From Oscillospiraceae bacterium (GTDB lineage: Bacteria > Bacillota > Clostridia > Oscillospirales > CAG-272), in NCBI GenBank assembly GCA_015065385.1, contig SVQK01000110.1, positions 3,902 through 67,901 of the forward strand: a stretch of 64,000 nt of DNA, read 5' to 3'. Positions 36,501 through 45,886 of the stretch are shown in pieces. The notes below the pieces were generated by a model, which was not told the origin of the DNA, ran no database searches, and saw only the letters and a list, made by a program, of their open reading frames with translations. The position numbers and the translations under genes are program-made. Every line of letters begins with the position of its first letter. The stretch's first letter is position 1.

Positions 36501-36837
36501 CGATGCGCCCGAGAATACTTACTATAGGGACGCAGTCCTCTGGGCATACGGGGCCGGGATCACAAAAGGGACGGACAGCGCGCACTTCTCGCCTCACAGG
36601 ACCGTCACCCGCGGGCAGGCTGTCACGCTGCTGTTCAGAATGCTGGACGGATCGGCGGAGGGCGGCAATCCCTTCATCGACGTCGCAGACGGCGCGTACT
36701 GCGGAGACGCCGTGCGCTGGGCTGTGAAAAACGGAATCACGAACGGCGTATCGAAGACACGCTTTGCGCCGGATGACTTCTGTACCAGAGCGCAGATCGT
36801 GACCTTCCTCTATCGCGCGTTGGGGGAAAAAACGTGA
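33595..36837 (+). CDS. Secreted lipase class 3-like alpha/beta hydrolase with a long middle region and three C-terminal SLH domains
   Basis: Signal peptide MKQNSLRFLALLLSVLLCCGCLPNAVFA. IAVVFQGD.., nucleophile elbow LWLTGTSRAGSVANLAA and DDPVTMLP match the lipase_3 layout. Three SLH repeats are present (FADVPADAYYADAVEWAV.., FVDAPENTYYRDAVLWAY.., FIDVADGAYCGDAVRWAV..). Confidence 0.75.
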   Translation: MKQNSLRFLALLLSVLLCCGCLPNAVFAAEEGNREYQFVRTAYYSKISNAYVGDSSYYSDDWFLADLTVKNESFALLSAQLAMSAAEGGGGAAFLEAIGFTDMKACRYDSADPLDCAYACGTKTLDGRTVIAVVFQGDLYGDKGWQHNVTVNLGENDSGDQSSYAAAADAFLADFDEMGVSKDAVLWLTGTSRAGSVANLAAARLLERDSHPDLICYTFEAPATTENPDAHDAKYNGIHNYICDDDPVTMLPIWDMTRYGEDVVYNTAAIGDVIEAAAELNPDTREFNKNYPESFSDGGLKEFLDGIMDTLEDTVPSRSDYTRPRTISIPTDGPFVYTYQGALQALCHVVFGSSGGIGSLTGTLSDNLDSLLLGLTYARVEEAYADQLGDTPESAKIRADSEARTFALAEFLYSAVKEADPSLDVNLPDVYGLLKLLAPQLADTGSVSEEEWTLPEYEEFYVYDYLDYSILNRFVESSSAIVFSHHPDMVVARLKLLAPAPEADDMNLTITVPEAGQAVTLAPEEADGSADALGLVWMNVSEAKWETEDTVLSDGKIYYFTTTLRFAGHTVPDSFRFTINGEDAKKTEIVRQRGEVLVTGTWEYKLGEPEQVNIRFDAGTPCESPAAIVADRGVRLGYSGLSLPDLGVIEDDTVCWRWRFDGWTDPDGVSWEDVVADQDITLSAAWTRLIDRIELVYDIPHLGDGGEKLFRLSAPEGVPYELKEFALTFEDQEEDLYITYYYDPEEVDGFVLDHEGEWTLSFKAYSNAPDVDFYFKTAIKVIVLGDEEFSLDIDLYDGVLTVNGENVIEALYSGEYYDSYSDETFPAYVVADYGFIPLKNEEPAEEPVKEHDGRPAFPIPPFFTPASRLPHFPIMIPSTPTAPADQPDVSDVSDVSADPAVEQKPVFADVPADAYYADAVEWAVENRITSGTEAGRFTPEAFCSRAEMVTFLWRAAGCPAPSVSADPFVDAPENTYYRDAVLWAYGAGITKGTDSAHFSPHRTVTRGQAVTLLFRMLDGSAEGGNPFIDVADGAYCGDAVRWAVKNGITNGVSKTRFAPDDFCTRAQIVTFLYRALGEKT

Positions 36838-36888
36838 TCTTCGGATCTGACAGATAAGAAAAAAATCTTACACAGAAAGGGCTTCATC

Positions 36889-38367
36889 ATGAAAAAACTG
36901 CTTGCCTTGTCTCTGGCTTTGCTTCTGCTCGTCTCCTGCGCGCAGAACGCACAGAACGCCGATCCGGCCGCGGACAATACCGCTGTGCCGGAGGATCCGG
37001 CTTCCTCCGAAACCGCCGCGGAAGAAAAAGACGAAGACGACTTTTCGGAATACCTGCCGTCCGCGGATTATGAAGGGTACGAATTCTGCATCCTCAAATC
37101 TCCGGATATCACATGGTGTCTGGACGAGGTGTGGACAGAGGGTGTGACCGGCGAAGCCTATACGGATGCCATCTACAACCGCAACAGCCGGATAGAGGAT
37201 CTTTTGAACATCAAAATCTCTCAGTTCGACGGCGGCGTGGACGGTGCGATCAAATCCTCCGTCACGGCCGGGGACGACGTCTACTCCATCGCCTATCCTT
37301 CGCTTTCCTCCGCCGCGTCGCTGGGCGCGCAGGATCTGCTGGTCGATCTGAAACAGCTGTCGGAATTCCATATCGACATGCCGTGGTGGGATCAGGCCGC
37401 TATGGACTACCTGACTGTTGCGAACCGCCTCTTCTTTGCCGAGAACGAGATCAACATCCAGTACGACGAGGCGACGTGGGTCCTCTTCTTCAACAAGGAT
37501 CTCGTGACGAGATACGCGATGGAAAGCCCCTACGAGCTTGTCCGGGAAAACGAGTGGACGATGGACAGAATGCACGGGATGATGACGACGGTCGCCCACG
37601 ACGAGGACGGAAACGGGGAACTGAATGCGCCCGAGGATTACTTCGGCTTTTCTACGCACTGGGGCTCCTATGTCGGTATGCTGTCCGGTGCCGGCGAATC
37701 CCTTGTTCTTTCGGACGGCGAGGGCTCCTATGTCTCCAATTTCGGATCGGAACGCATGCTGCTCGTCTCGGAAAAGATCGGTGCGATCCTGAACGACAAG
37801 ACCGCTACCGTTCTCCCCGACCGATTCAAGGGGGCGAGCGTCAACAACAACGAATGGGCAGTCAATACCTTCTACAACGGCCACAGCCTGTTCTACGGCG
37901 AGGTTATCGGTAAATTCGCCGATCTGCGCGAGATGGAAAACGATTTCGGCCTTCTTCCCTTCCCGAAATACGAAACCGTACAGGAATTCTACACCTGCGA
38001 GGTTCTCAACAGCGCGCTTGCGTATGTGATCCCCCGCTCCGTTCAGGACAAGAGCCGTTCCGCGACGATCTCGGAAGCTCTCGCGGTGGACAGTCACGGC
38101 GATTTCATGAACGCCTACCTCGACACGACCATCACCGGCAAATCGATCCGCGACGAGGACAGCCGCGAAATGCTCCAGATCATCTTTGAATACCGCGTGT
38201 ACGATCTCGGCGACATCTTCGGCTGGGGCGGGATCACCGGAGCGTATCAGAACGCCGTGGACGCGGGAAGCGAGAATTTCGCGTCTTCCGCCAAGAAGAT
38301 CGAGAAGATCTTCAACAAGTCTGTCGAAAAGTCGCTGACGGCCTACGAAGAAGCCGACGGCACCTGA
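36889..38367 (+). CDS. Extracellular solute-binding lipoprotein (LplA-type), paralogue of 28794..30293
   Basis: MKKLLALSLALLLLVSC lipobox, ~490 aa, PWWDQ and DFGLLPFP segments. The minus-strand ORF 36868..38457 is its antisense shadow. Confidence 0.8.
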   Translation: MKKLLALSLALLLLVSCAQNAQNADPAADNTAVPEDPASSETAAEEKDEDDFSEYLPSADYEGYEFCILKSPDITWCLDEVWTEGVTGEAYTDAIYNRNSRIEDLLNIKISQFDGGVDGAIKSSVTAGDDVYSIAYPSLSSAASLGAQDLLVDLKQLSEFHIDMPWWDQAAMDYLTVANRLFFAENEINIQYDEATWVLFFNKDLVTRYAMESPYELVRENEWTMDRMHGMMTTVAHDEDGNGELNAPEDYFGFSTHWGSYVGMLSGAGESLVLSDGEGSYVSNFGSERMLLVSEKIGAILNDKTATVLPDRFKGASVNNNEWAVNTFYNGHSLFYGEVIGKFADLREMENDFGLLPFPKYETVQEFYTCEVLNSALAYVIPRSVQDKSRSATISEALAVDSHGDFMNAYLDTTITGKSIRDEDSREMLQIIFEYRVYDLGDIFGWGGITGAYQNAVDAGSENFASSAKKIEKIFNKSVEKSLTAYEEADGT

Positions 38368-38461
38368 TACGATCCGCGGACAATCGGGCGGAAGGAGCTG
38401 ACAGCGTTCGGTTTGCTGTCTCGGCAATATAAGGTCTTTTGAGATCGCAATCTTCACAGTC

Positions 38462-38493
38462 GGGCTGTCGGCACTCCGCCGATGGCCTTTTTT
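38462..38493 (+). terminator. Rho-independent terminator
   Basis: 10-bp stem GGCTGTCGGC/GCCGATGGCC (two G-U pairs), loop ACTCC, then T6. Confidence 0.75.
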
Positions 38494-38606
38494 GTGTCTG
38501 CCAAGATCCCCGCGTTTCGTTCGGATGCTCCGAGCTTTCGCGGGGCTCGGCAGCGGTTCCCGATCGTCTTCCGGCAGACACCGCTCCTTTTCCCCACACT
38601 TTTATC

Positions 38607-39872
38607 CTACTGCCCGTCCGTCCTTTTCAGCTCCTTAAAATCCACCCCCGGTTCGAGCCATACGCCTTCCGCCGCCGCAAAGATGTCGGGATCCCGATTG
38701 CTCTGATACACATGATCCCATCTCACATCCGCTTCGACCACGTCCGGGTTTCCGTAACCGGGATGCGCCGTGCTATAACTGTTCACGCCCCGGATCGACT
38801 CCGAATACAGGTTCGCCGTCCGGTCATGGGACGCGGCTGTGTTCGCGTTCATCTCGCGCATGACGTTCATCGTGTATTGGTGGGTGTCGCTGATGGTCTG
38901 TGATTTCCGGTCCCAGGAGGCCATTTCCTGCTGGTGCATCGCCATCGCCGTTTGATTGTTCAGGGACTGGATGTATTGGAGCAGGCTGGTCCGGATCTTT
39001 GTCAGGTCGGGGAGTTCTTTGATCGTCTCCAGAATCCTCCGGGCCGCGGGGATGGTTTCGTTGTACCGGTCCCGGTCGGCGATCAGGATAAGCTCATACT
39101 GCGTTTCCCAGATATGCTCATCCATCGCCTGACCCAGAAACTGCCTCAGGAAACCGCCCATCATGGGCTGCCCGGATGGCCTGTGCACGTCGTTGATCCG
39201 GGTTTCGACGGACACCACCTTCTGCTTTCTCTCCGGATCCACCGCCGCATAGAGCACCCGCTTCCATTCGCTTGTCACCTGCCGGAACCCGCGGTTCGTG
39301 TACTGCTCCCGGATCGTCTGTTGCTTCGCAATCTCCGCCTCGTTTGCGGACTCGACCCGGATCCTGCGGCACGACAAAGGCTGAACATCCCGCTGTACCA
39401 GATAGTCGCAGTACTGTTCCGCGGTAAAGGGAGCGCTTATCCTCATAAACGAACCCATCACATCGATCTGCTTGATCAGGGGGAGGCGGGACAGCTTACG
39501 GTCCGTGTAGAGATTCTCCGACCGGTAAACGATACGCGCCGTTCCGTCCGGTGCGGCATATTCCGTCTGAACGACATAAGGATTCCCGGAGTAGTCGCCG
39601 TAACATTCATCCGGAGCCTGGCAGGAATGGATCAGCCAACCCTCGGGAGCATAGCTCTCGATGGGAACCATCCCGCTCCAGTCGGCCCCCTGTACGATCG
39701 GAATACCCTGAACGGTTCCCCGTCCCAGGTAGGGGTTGACAGACTGCCGTCCGAAAAGATCCTCTCTCGGATGCATATAGTATTCGGTTCCGCAATATTC
39801 ACAGCGGATGACGGATCGGGTTCCGTCCCACCTGAGGGCGGCGCCGCATTGCTGGCATTTCAGGCAAACCAT
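38607..39872 (-). CDS. Hypothetical protein with an N-terminal zinc-ribbon (CxxC..CxxC)
   Basis: MVCLKCQQCGAALRWDGTRSVIRCEYCGTEYY. I do not recognise the remaining ~390 aa. Start moved to the ATG at 39872 (AGAGAGG RBS). Confidence 0.6.
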   Translation of the reverse strand: MVCLKCQQCGAALRWDGTRSVIRCEYCGTEYYMHPREDLFGRQSVNPYLGRGTVQGIPIVQGADWSGMVPIESYAPEGWLIHSCQAPDECYGDYSGNPYVVQTEYAAPDGTARIVYRSENLYTDRKLSRLPLIKQIDVMGSFMRISAPFTAEQYCDYLVQRDVQPLSCRRIRVESANEAEIAKQQTIREQYTNRGFRQVTSEWKRVLYAAVDPERKQKVVSVETRINDVHRPSGQPMMGGFLRQFLGQAMDEHIWETQYELILIADRDRYNETIPAARRILETIKELPDLTKIRTSLLQYIQSLNNQTAMAMHQQEMASWDRKSQTISDTHQYTMNVMREMNANTAASHDRTANLYSESIRGVNSYSTAHPGYGNPDVVEADVRWDHVYQSNRDPDIFAAAEGVWLEPGVDFKELKRTDGQ

Positions 39873-40078
39873 CCGATAGACCTCTCTTTTTCTGTCTGTA
39901 TTCCGTACTTTGGATTCCGCGGCGAGTATGGCGTGGCTCTTCTCATACCGTATCATTATACCACATCCCCTCCGGCCGCGCAATACGATTGGGGGATTTT
40001 TCAACAGGGCCCAATTGAAAAAACCGCCCCCGGAGGAACGGTCTTTTGCGCATCGGTCATATTTTTGAAGCCGCACGC

Positions 40079-40516
40079 CTATCTCTTTTGATATACGATC
40101 AGCTCCGGCTCCGAACCGTCCACGCTGTACCGGCAGATCAAAATAAACGTCGTATCCGCGGCCACGCCGTAACAGACGCCCCGATCGGCAAATTCGATCT
40201 GCGTGCCGAGATAGATCTTTTTGTCGTCGAGGAACCGTACCGCCTCGCCGCTCGGAAGCCGATAGGGCAGATTGACAAACGAACCCGCCAGCTCGTTCAG
40301 CCCGTCCGCCGGAGGAATGTCGTTTGCCTTCAAAAGCGTATTGACTTCGTCCAGCAGGACCCGTTTGAATTCATGATACTGCTTTATGCCGCCCGCTTTG
40401 ATGTACTCCGCGGCGACACAGGATCCGCCGAAGGGCTTGCCGCAGGTCTCGGCGCATCCCCTGCATTCTTCCCGGAAAGGACATTTCCCGCAGTCCGCTC
40501 CGCAGATTGTTTTCAT
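40079..40516 (-). CDS. DUF3795-like Cys-rich protein
   Basis: The N-terminal MKTICGADCGKCPFREECRGCAETCG pattern matches the DUF3795 family as I recall it. AAGGGGG RBS. Confidence 0.65.
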   Translation of the reverse strand: MKTICGADCGKCPFREECRGCAETCGKPFGGSCVAAEYIKAGGIKQYHEFKRVLLDEVNTLLKANDIPPADGLNELAGSFVNLPYRLPSGEAVRFLDDKKIYLGTQIEFADRGVCYGVAADTTFILICRYSVDGSEPELIVYQKR

Positions 40517-40639
40517 GTTGACGCCCCCTTTTCCCATTTTTCTTTTTTCTGACGTACCGTTCTCCCCTCCGGTACCTGGATCTCATATGAACCGACTTCT
40601 CCGCGCCCGTTCCCGACGACCGGCCTGAGCGCGAGGCAG

Positions 40640-41092
40640 TCACAGAATCATCGGCGTAAAACGGATCCCGCTGACCGTCTGCTCGGTGTCCGTTGCCGTA
40701 AAGCCCAGCGCCTTGTAAAACGGCAGGCCGCAGGGTGAGGAATTGAGCGTGATCGTCCGTTCGGGAAAGTCCTCCCGCATCCGTCCGAACAGTTTTGTCC
40801 CGATGCCGAGACGCTGGTAATCTCCGTCCACAAAGAAAAAGCAGATATGGCCCTTTTCCCCGCGGATGCCCAGCATGCCGACCAGCCTGTCTTCATCAAA
40901 CGCGCCGTAATACCGGATGCCGGCAAGATAGGCGTCGTCGTTCAGACAGCGTTTGAATTCCTCCGTGCCCTCCGGCGCGTAATCCGGGGCTTCAAACGCG
41001 CAGAACACCTTCCACGCGAGCCGGAGGGCTGACTCCGTTTCTTCCTCATGAAGAGGCCGTACCGCGATCAGCCCCGCATCCGTGCGTTTCAT
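40640..41092 (-). CDS. GNAT family N-acetyltransferase
   Basis: Acetyl-CoA motif A, YQRLGIGTKLF. 150 aa. Start moved to MKRTDAGL (GGGAGGGAA RBS). Confidence 0.85.
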   Translation of the reverse strand: MKRTDAGLIAVRPLHEEETESALRLAWKVFCAFEAPDYAPEGTEEFKRCLNDDAYLAGIRYYGAFDEDRLVGMLGIRGEKGHICFFFVDGDYQRLGIGTKLFGRMREDFPERTITLNSSPCGLPFYKALGFTATDTEQTVSGIRFTPMIL

Positions 41093-41259
41093 ACTGTTCC
41101 CTCCTGCCCGTTCTATGGTTCTGCCGCGCTCTCCAAACTGAATTTGATTTCTATTATACGCTGTCCGGATGGAAAAAACAAGCGGATTTTGAAAAACAAT
41201 TGAAAGAGGTTGATCCTCTCCGCACACGTCATCCTCATGGGATTGGGGAAGACGTTGTC

Positions 41260-41289
41260 TTGACACCTCCCGCTTCGGTATGGTATAAT
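41260..41289 (+). promoter_or_regulatory. Promoter with extended -10
   Basis: TTGACA (41260-41265), an 18-nt spacer, then TGgTATAAT (41281-41289). Confidence 0.55.
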
Positions 41290-41337
41290 CGAAGGCAGTC
41301 CGGAAGGAGAAAATCCTTTCTCAGACAGGGGAGGTTT

Positions 41338-43389
41338 ATGATGCTGACACAGCGGCTCGGTTCCACTACGCAGATGGATCCCGCTTTCATGGAGGAATTC
41401 ATCCGGATCGTGCGGGAGCATCCGGGATCCTGCGACGAGGTCTGGCTGGCCTCGAAATACGGCTTCCCGCCCATGGAGGTCCACAGGCGGACAGCGGAAG
41501 CTCTGTCCAGAACGGCGGAACGGCTCCGGGCATGCGGCCTGCGGGTTTCCCTCCAGATTTCCAACACCATAGGCCACGGGGAATACATGAGCTCACAGGA
41601 CTGCTCCGGCCTTGTGTACGAGGGATCCCCGGTGAGGAGCATGGTCGGTCCCGACGGCGGGGTCGCCCGGTACTGCTTCTGCTGGAACGATCCGGTCCTG
41701 CGCCGGTATGTAACGGAGGAGGTTTCCGCCTACTGTGCCGCCATCCGCCCACATACGGTCTGGGTGGACGATGATCTGCGGGCTGTCAATCACGCTCCCG
41801 TGCGCTTCGGCTGCTTCTGCGACGCCTGCGTTGCGGACTTCAACCGGCTCAACGGATGGTCGTACACCCGGGAAGAGCTGGCGGAAAAGATCGGACGGGA
41901 CGCGGGCGAGATGCGGGAGGCATGGGTGCGGTTCGTGCGGGATGGTCTGTACAGCTTCACCTATGAGCTCTCCCGCGCGGTTCACGAGGCATCCCCCGAG
42001 ACCTTCATGGGACTGCAGAACGGGTGCAACGGCGGTTACTCCGGCTCAGGCCTCCGCCATCTCTTCGATGCCATGCGGGACGCCACGGGCAAGCCTCCCA
42101 AATACCGGCCCGGCGGCGGCGCATACAATGACCACGATCCGAACGCCATGCTGGACAAGATGGATTCCATTTCCTGGCAGAACGCGCTTCTTCCGGACTA
42201 TGTGACGGAGATCCGCCCCGAAATCGAAAATCTCCCGGACGTCCGGTTCGGGAAAACCGTCGCCGGTACCTGCTACGAGACGACCCTGTATCTGGCCGCC
42301 GGAGCCACCGCCATGTCCTATGCCATGCTGATGAACGACAACGAGGAGATGGACTGGCACGGGGATATGCTCTCCGCCTTCGCCGCCCATCGCCCGTACT
42401 GGTCGCTGCTTTCAAAGGCCTCCGCGGGGACCTGTCAGGGCGGTCTGATGCAGGCTCTGGGCAAGGAGATGTGGAAACGGCCGCTTAAACCGGGAGAAGG
42501 ACCCTTCGCGTGGTGCGGCGAACCCTTTTCTTTCCCCGCCGAAGCGCTGCGGGGCACGGGGATCCCCCTGTCCTTCGACTGCAAGCACGCCCCCGTGTAC
42601 ATGCTGAATCCCGCCGCCATCCGTACCATGACGGACGAGGAGCTGGACGATTTGTTCGAAAAGCCCGTTCTCACCTCCGGGGATGCGCTGATCCTCCTGT
42701 CGGAGCGCGGATTCGGCTCCATGTTCGGGGCGTCGGCGGAGCGGGCGGACACCCTTCGTCTGTACGAGCGGTTCACGGATCATCCGGTGAACGGGGACGC
42801 CGCCGGAAAGACCTGGGACCAGAGCTTCCACATCAACCGGGGCTGGACGCTGACGGACCTTGACGGGACCACGGAGATCCTCGGCCTGTTCGAGACCGCC
42901 AACCGGGCCACGCCGCCCCTGTTCCCGAAGGGGCCCCATCCCTTTGGCATCGCGTCAGCGATCGTCCGCACAGGAAAAGGCGCGCGCTGGGCCGTATTCG
43001 GGGATTCGCCGTGGAACAGCGTCATTTCCCTGAACCGGCGCAACCAGCTTCTGCGGGCCGCGGACGCCATATCCGGGAACCGTCTGACCGCCATTCTGGA
43101 AACCGGGATCCGGGCGGTTCTTCTGCCGCGGGAGGATGAGGCGGGCAGGCTGACCTCGGTGTCGGTGCTGAACTGCACGGTGGGGGAGAGCGGACCGCTG
43201 GTGCTCCGTCTGCGCAGACCCGCTTTGGATCCGGGCCGGACTTCCTGCGCGTTTGCCGCTCAGGGACAGCCCGTTCTGCGGGATCTGCCTCTGACGCGCC
43301 TGACGCCGAACGGAGAGGAGTGGTCAGCCGTGATGCCCTCCCTGAAACCGTGGTCCCTCGGCACGCTGTTCATCCGGAATCTCTCCTAA
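41338..43389 (+). CDS. Hypothetical cytoplasmic protein (683 aa), family not recognised
   Basis: Long GC-rich ORF with a GGGGAGG RBS before the ATG at 41338. Codon composition matches its neighbours. No signal peptide. Confidence 0.55.
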   Translation: MMLTQRLGSTTQMDPAFMEEFIRIVREHPGSCDEVWLASKYGFPPMEVHRRTAEALSRTAERLRACGLRVSLQISNTIGHGEYMSSQDCSGLVYEGSPVRSMVGPDGGVARYCFCWNDPVLRRYVTEEVSAYCAAIRPHTVWVDDDLRAVNHAPVRFGCFCDACVADFNRLNGWSYTREELAEKIGRDAGEMREAWVRFVRDGLYSFTYELSRAVHEASPETFMGLQNGCNGGYSGSGLRHLFDAMRDATGKPPKYRPGGGAYNDHDPNAMLDKMDSISWQNALLPDYVTEIRPEIENLPDVRFGKTVAGTCYETTLYLAAGATAMSYAMLMNDNEEMDWHGDMLSAFAAHRPYWSLLSKASAGTCQGGLMQALGKEMWKRPLKPGEGPFAWCGEPFSFPAEALRGTGIPLSFDCKHAPVYMLNPAAIRTMTDEELDDLFEKPVLTSGDALILLSERGFGSMFGASAERADTLRLYERFTDHPVNGDAAGKTWDQSFHINRGWTLTDLDGTTEILGLFETANRATPPLFPKGPHPFGIASAIVRTGKGARWAVFGDSPWNSVISLNRRNQLLRAADAISGNRLTAILETGIRAVLLPREDEAGRLTSVSVLNCTVGESGPLVLRLRRPALDPGRTSCAFAAQGQPVLRDLPLTRLTPNGEEWSAVMPSLKPWSLGTLFIRNLS

Positions 43390-43668
43390 TACTATTCTCA
43401 GCCTAAAATGCTAAACTGTATGGGTTTTGATCGCTTCATGTAGGGTGCGAACGGCCTTCTTGCTCAACTTGTTGAGCGGGTGAGCATCGCGTGCGATAAC
43501 TCTGATAAGGTTGGATGGCTATATTGGTGTACCAAAGCTTCAGCTTCACATGATTGCTATAGCCTATCCTTTGTCCCCTTCCCAATGAAGTTCTTTGTAA
43601 GCTCAACTTGTTGAGCGAGCTTTCATCCGAAAGAAAGCCGCGTTTCCCTTTTAGCTTGAGATTAGTAT
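43389..43668 (+). mobile_element. MITE-like repeat, copy A (~280 bp, non-coding, lower GC)
   Basis: ~20-bp imperfect terminal inverted repeats (ATACTATTCTCAGCCTAAAA ... TTTTAGCTTGAGATTAGTAT). Two internal GCTCAACTTGTTGAGC palindromes. A second copy sits at 53621-53899 in the opposite orientation. It starts on the last base of the upstream stop codon. Confidence 0.6.
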
Positions 43669-43796
43669 AAATCCGGGAAAGAAAACGGAAAAGGGGAATG
43701 CGACAGAGCGGCCCGTCTCGGTTTTCTTTGCCGCCGTTTCCTCACCGATACCGCATCATGATCGCACGAACACGACAGAAAGAAGAGGTAGCCCGT

Positions 43797-45710
43797 ATGC
43801 TTTCCGCACTCCACACTTTTCGGATCACGGACGGATCCGCCGTCTTCGCCCCTTTCACCCTGCCGGACAACGAAGCGCTGGCAGCAGTGCTGGCTCAGAT
43901 TCCCACCTCGCCGGAGGGATTCTTCCGAGGCGTCGAATTTGTATCCCCCATTCCCGAAATACTCCTTGCGGAAGCGCGGGCCCTCTTCGGCACCGACCGC
44001 ACGCCCGTGGAGGACAGCTATCTCGTCGATACCCGCGGCAGCATCGCGCGCGTCTGTGCCGACAATATGCGCGGCCTGATCTATGGTGCTTATGCGCTTC
44101 TTCAGGACGCGCGCGATTCCGGGGACGGCAGAAGCGTGGGACGCGGCCTGATCTGGGACCTTCCCCGCTGTCCCTTCCGCGGCCTGAAAGTCTATATGCC
44201 CGCGCCGGACGATCTCGACAGCTTCCGCCGCACCGTCGATCTGCTTCTGTCCCTGCGCTACAACACGATCATCCTCGAGGTGGGCGGCGCGATGGAATAC
44301 AAGTCCCATCCGGAGATCAATTCCGCGTGGATCGACTACTGCCGGGAGATGAACCGTTATCCGGACCGCGCCGATGAAATCCAGAACAAAACGTATCCCT
44401 GGGCCAAGAACTCCATCCATTTCGAGAACGGCGGTGGCCGCTTTCTGACGCAGGACGCCGTGCGCGGGCTTGTGAAGTACTGCCGTGACCGCGGCATGGA
44501 GGTCATCCCGGAGTGTCCCACGCTGTCCCATGCCGACTACCTGCTGATGCCGCATCCGGAGCTCGCGGAGCGGGACAACGACGCGTGGCCGGACGCCTAC
44601 TGCCCCTCAAATCCCGACACCTACAAGCTGGTCTTCGACGTACTCGGGGAGGTGATCGACGTCTTCCGGCCCGAGGTCGTGCACATCGGTCACGACGAGT
44701 ACTATTCCATCGGCGTCTGCCCGCGGTGCAAGGGGAAACCCGCCGAGAAACTCTTCGCCGACGATCTCACGAAGATCCACGACTGGCTTGCCGAGCGCGG
44801 GATCCGCACCATGTTCTGGGCGGAGAAGGTTTTGGATGCCATCGGCCTCAACGGGGAGCACTTCGGAGGGTCCGAGCAGCGCGTGCGCCACGAGGACGGT
44901 TCCGTAGAGATTGTTCGTCCTGCCACATGGCGCGCGATCGACCTGATCCCGCGGGACGTGATCGCCCATCACTGGTACTGGAGCATCGCGGAGTATTTCG
45001 ACGACGAATTCAACAAACGCGGCATCACGCTCCGGTACGGCAATTTCGCGCCGGTCAATTTCCTTGACTGGAACCGCCGTCTGACACAAGGCGCGGAAGG
45101 CGGAGCTCCCTCCCACTGGTCCAGTCTGGAGGACGCGACCTTACAGCGCAACGGCGTCTTTCTCTCCCTCTTCATGGGCAGACGGATGTTCTGGGACGAG
45201 GCATGGGACGACGCGCGCTTCCCGGAGTACATCGACGACGTTTTCGAGGAAATGTACCTGACCTGCAACCGGAAGACGCTCGAAGGGCCTCACTTCCTCA
45301 TCGAGCATGCCTCGACCATCGAACGCCCCTATCAGTATCTGTCCAGCGTCCCGATGCAGGTGGAGCGCGACACCGTCGGCCGGTACGAGGTGGAGTATGA
45401 GGACGGCGAGATCCTGACGGTCCCGCTCGTTTACGGGCTGAATATCTCGGGGAAAAGCCGCGTCTGGGAGCGTCATTATCAGGGCGGTCTCTCCGAGAAT
45501 ATCGGGCTTGCCGAGCGCGACACATGGTCGTTCGACAGCAAGCTCGCCGAGGTTTCCTGGACGACGCTTCCCTTCCGGCGCGGAAAGGACACATGGTTCC
45601 GCCTCGCGGTGCCGGATCCGCATCCCGAAAAGCGCGTGACCGCGATCCGCGTGATCAAGACCTGCGAAGACGAGGGCGATATCCTGCTCGGAGGATATGT
45701 TCATTCCTGA
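43797..45710 (+). CDS. GH20-like beta-N-acetylhexosaminidase family protein
   Basis: RGLKVYMPAP.., YNTIILEVGG, IPECPTLSHADY, VVHIGHDEY (variant of the H-x-G-G-D-E catalytic motif). Start moved to MLSALHTF (ATG 43797). Confidence 0.6.
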   Translation: MLSALHTFRITDGSAVFAPFTLPDNEALAAVLAQIPTSPEGFFRGVEFVSPIPEILLAEARALFGTDRTPVEDSYLVDTRGSIARVCADNMRGLIYGAYALLQDARDSGDGRSVGRGLIWDLPRCPFRGLKVYMPAPDDLDSFRRTVDLLLSLRYNTIILEVGGAMEYKSHPEINSAWIDYCREMNRYPDRADEIQNKTYPWAKNSIHFENGGGRFLTQDAVRGLVKYCRDRGMEVIPECPTLSHADYLLMPHPELAERDNDAWPDAYCPSNPDTYKLVFDVLGEVIDVFRPEVVHIGHDEYYSIGVCPRCKGKPAEKLFADDLTKIHDWLAERGIRTMFWAEKVLDAIGLNGEHFGGSEQRVRHEDGSVEIVRPATWRAIDLIPRDVIAHHWYWSIAEYFDDEFNKRGITLRYGNFAPVNFLDWNRRLTQGAEGGAPSHWSSLEDATLQRNGVFLSLFMGRRMFWDEAWDDARFPEYIDDVFEEMYLTCNRKTLEGPHFLIEHASTIERPYQYLSSVPMQVERDTVGRYEVEYEDGEILTVPLVYGLNISGKSRVWERHYQGGLSENIGLAERDTWSFDSKLAEVSWTTLPFRRGKDTWFRLAVPDPHPEKRVTAIRVIKTCEDEGDILLGGYVHS

Positions 45711-45886
45711 ACGGGAGAGGGAGAGGAAAACCCGTTGACGGAAGAGGCGGATTCTCCCGCCAAATTTCAACGGATAGGAGAGGAGGAGTCTTACCGTAAT
45801 CACGTCCGACAGGCTCCCGGTCATTCTTTCCCCTGCCGTTCAGCGAGTCGTCATCCGCAAATCGAAGAAAAGGCACGGATTTCGTC

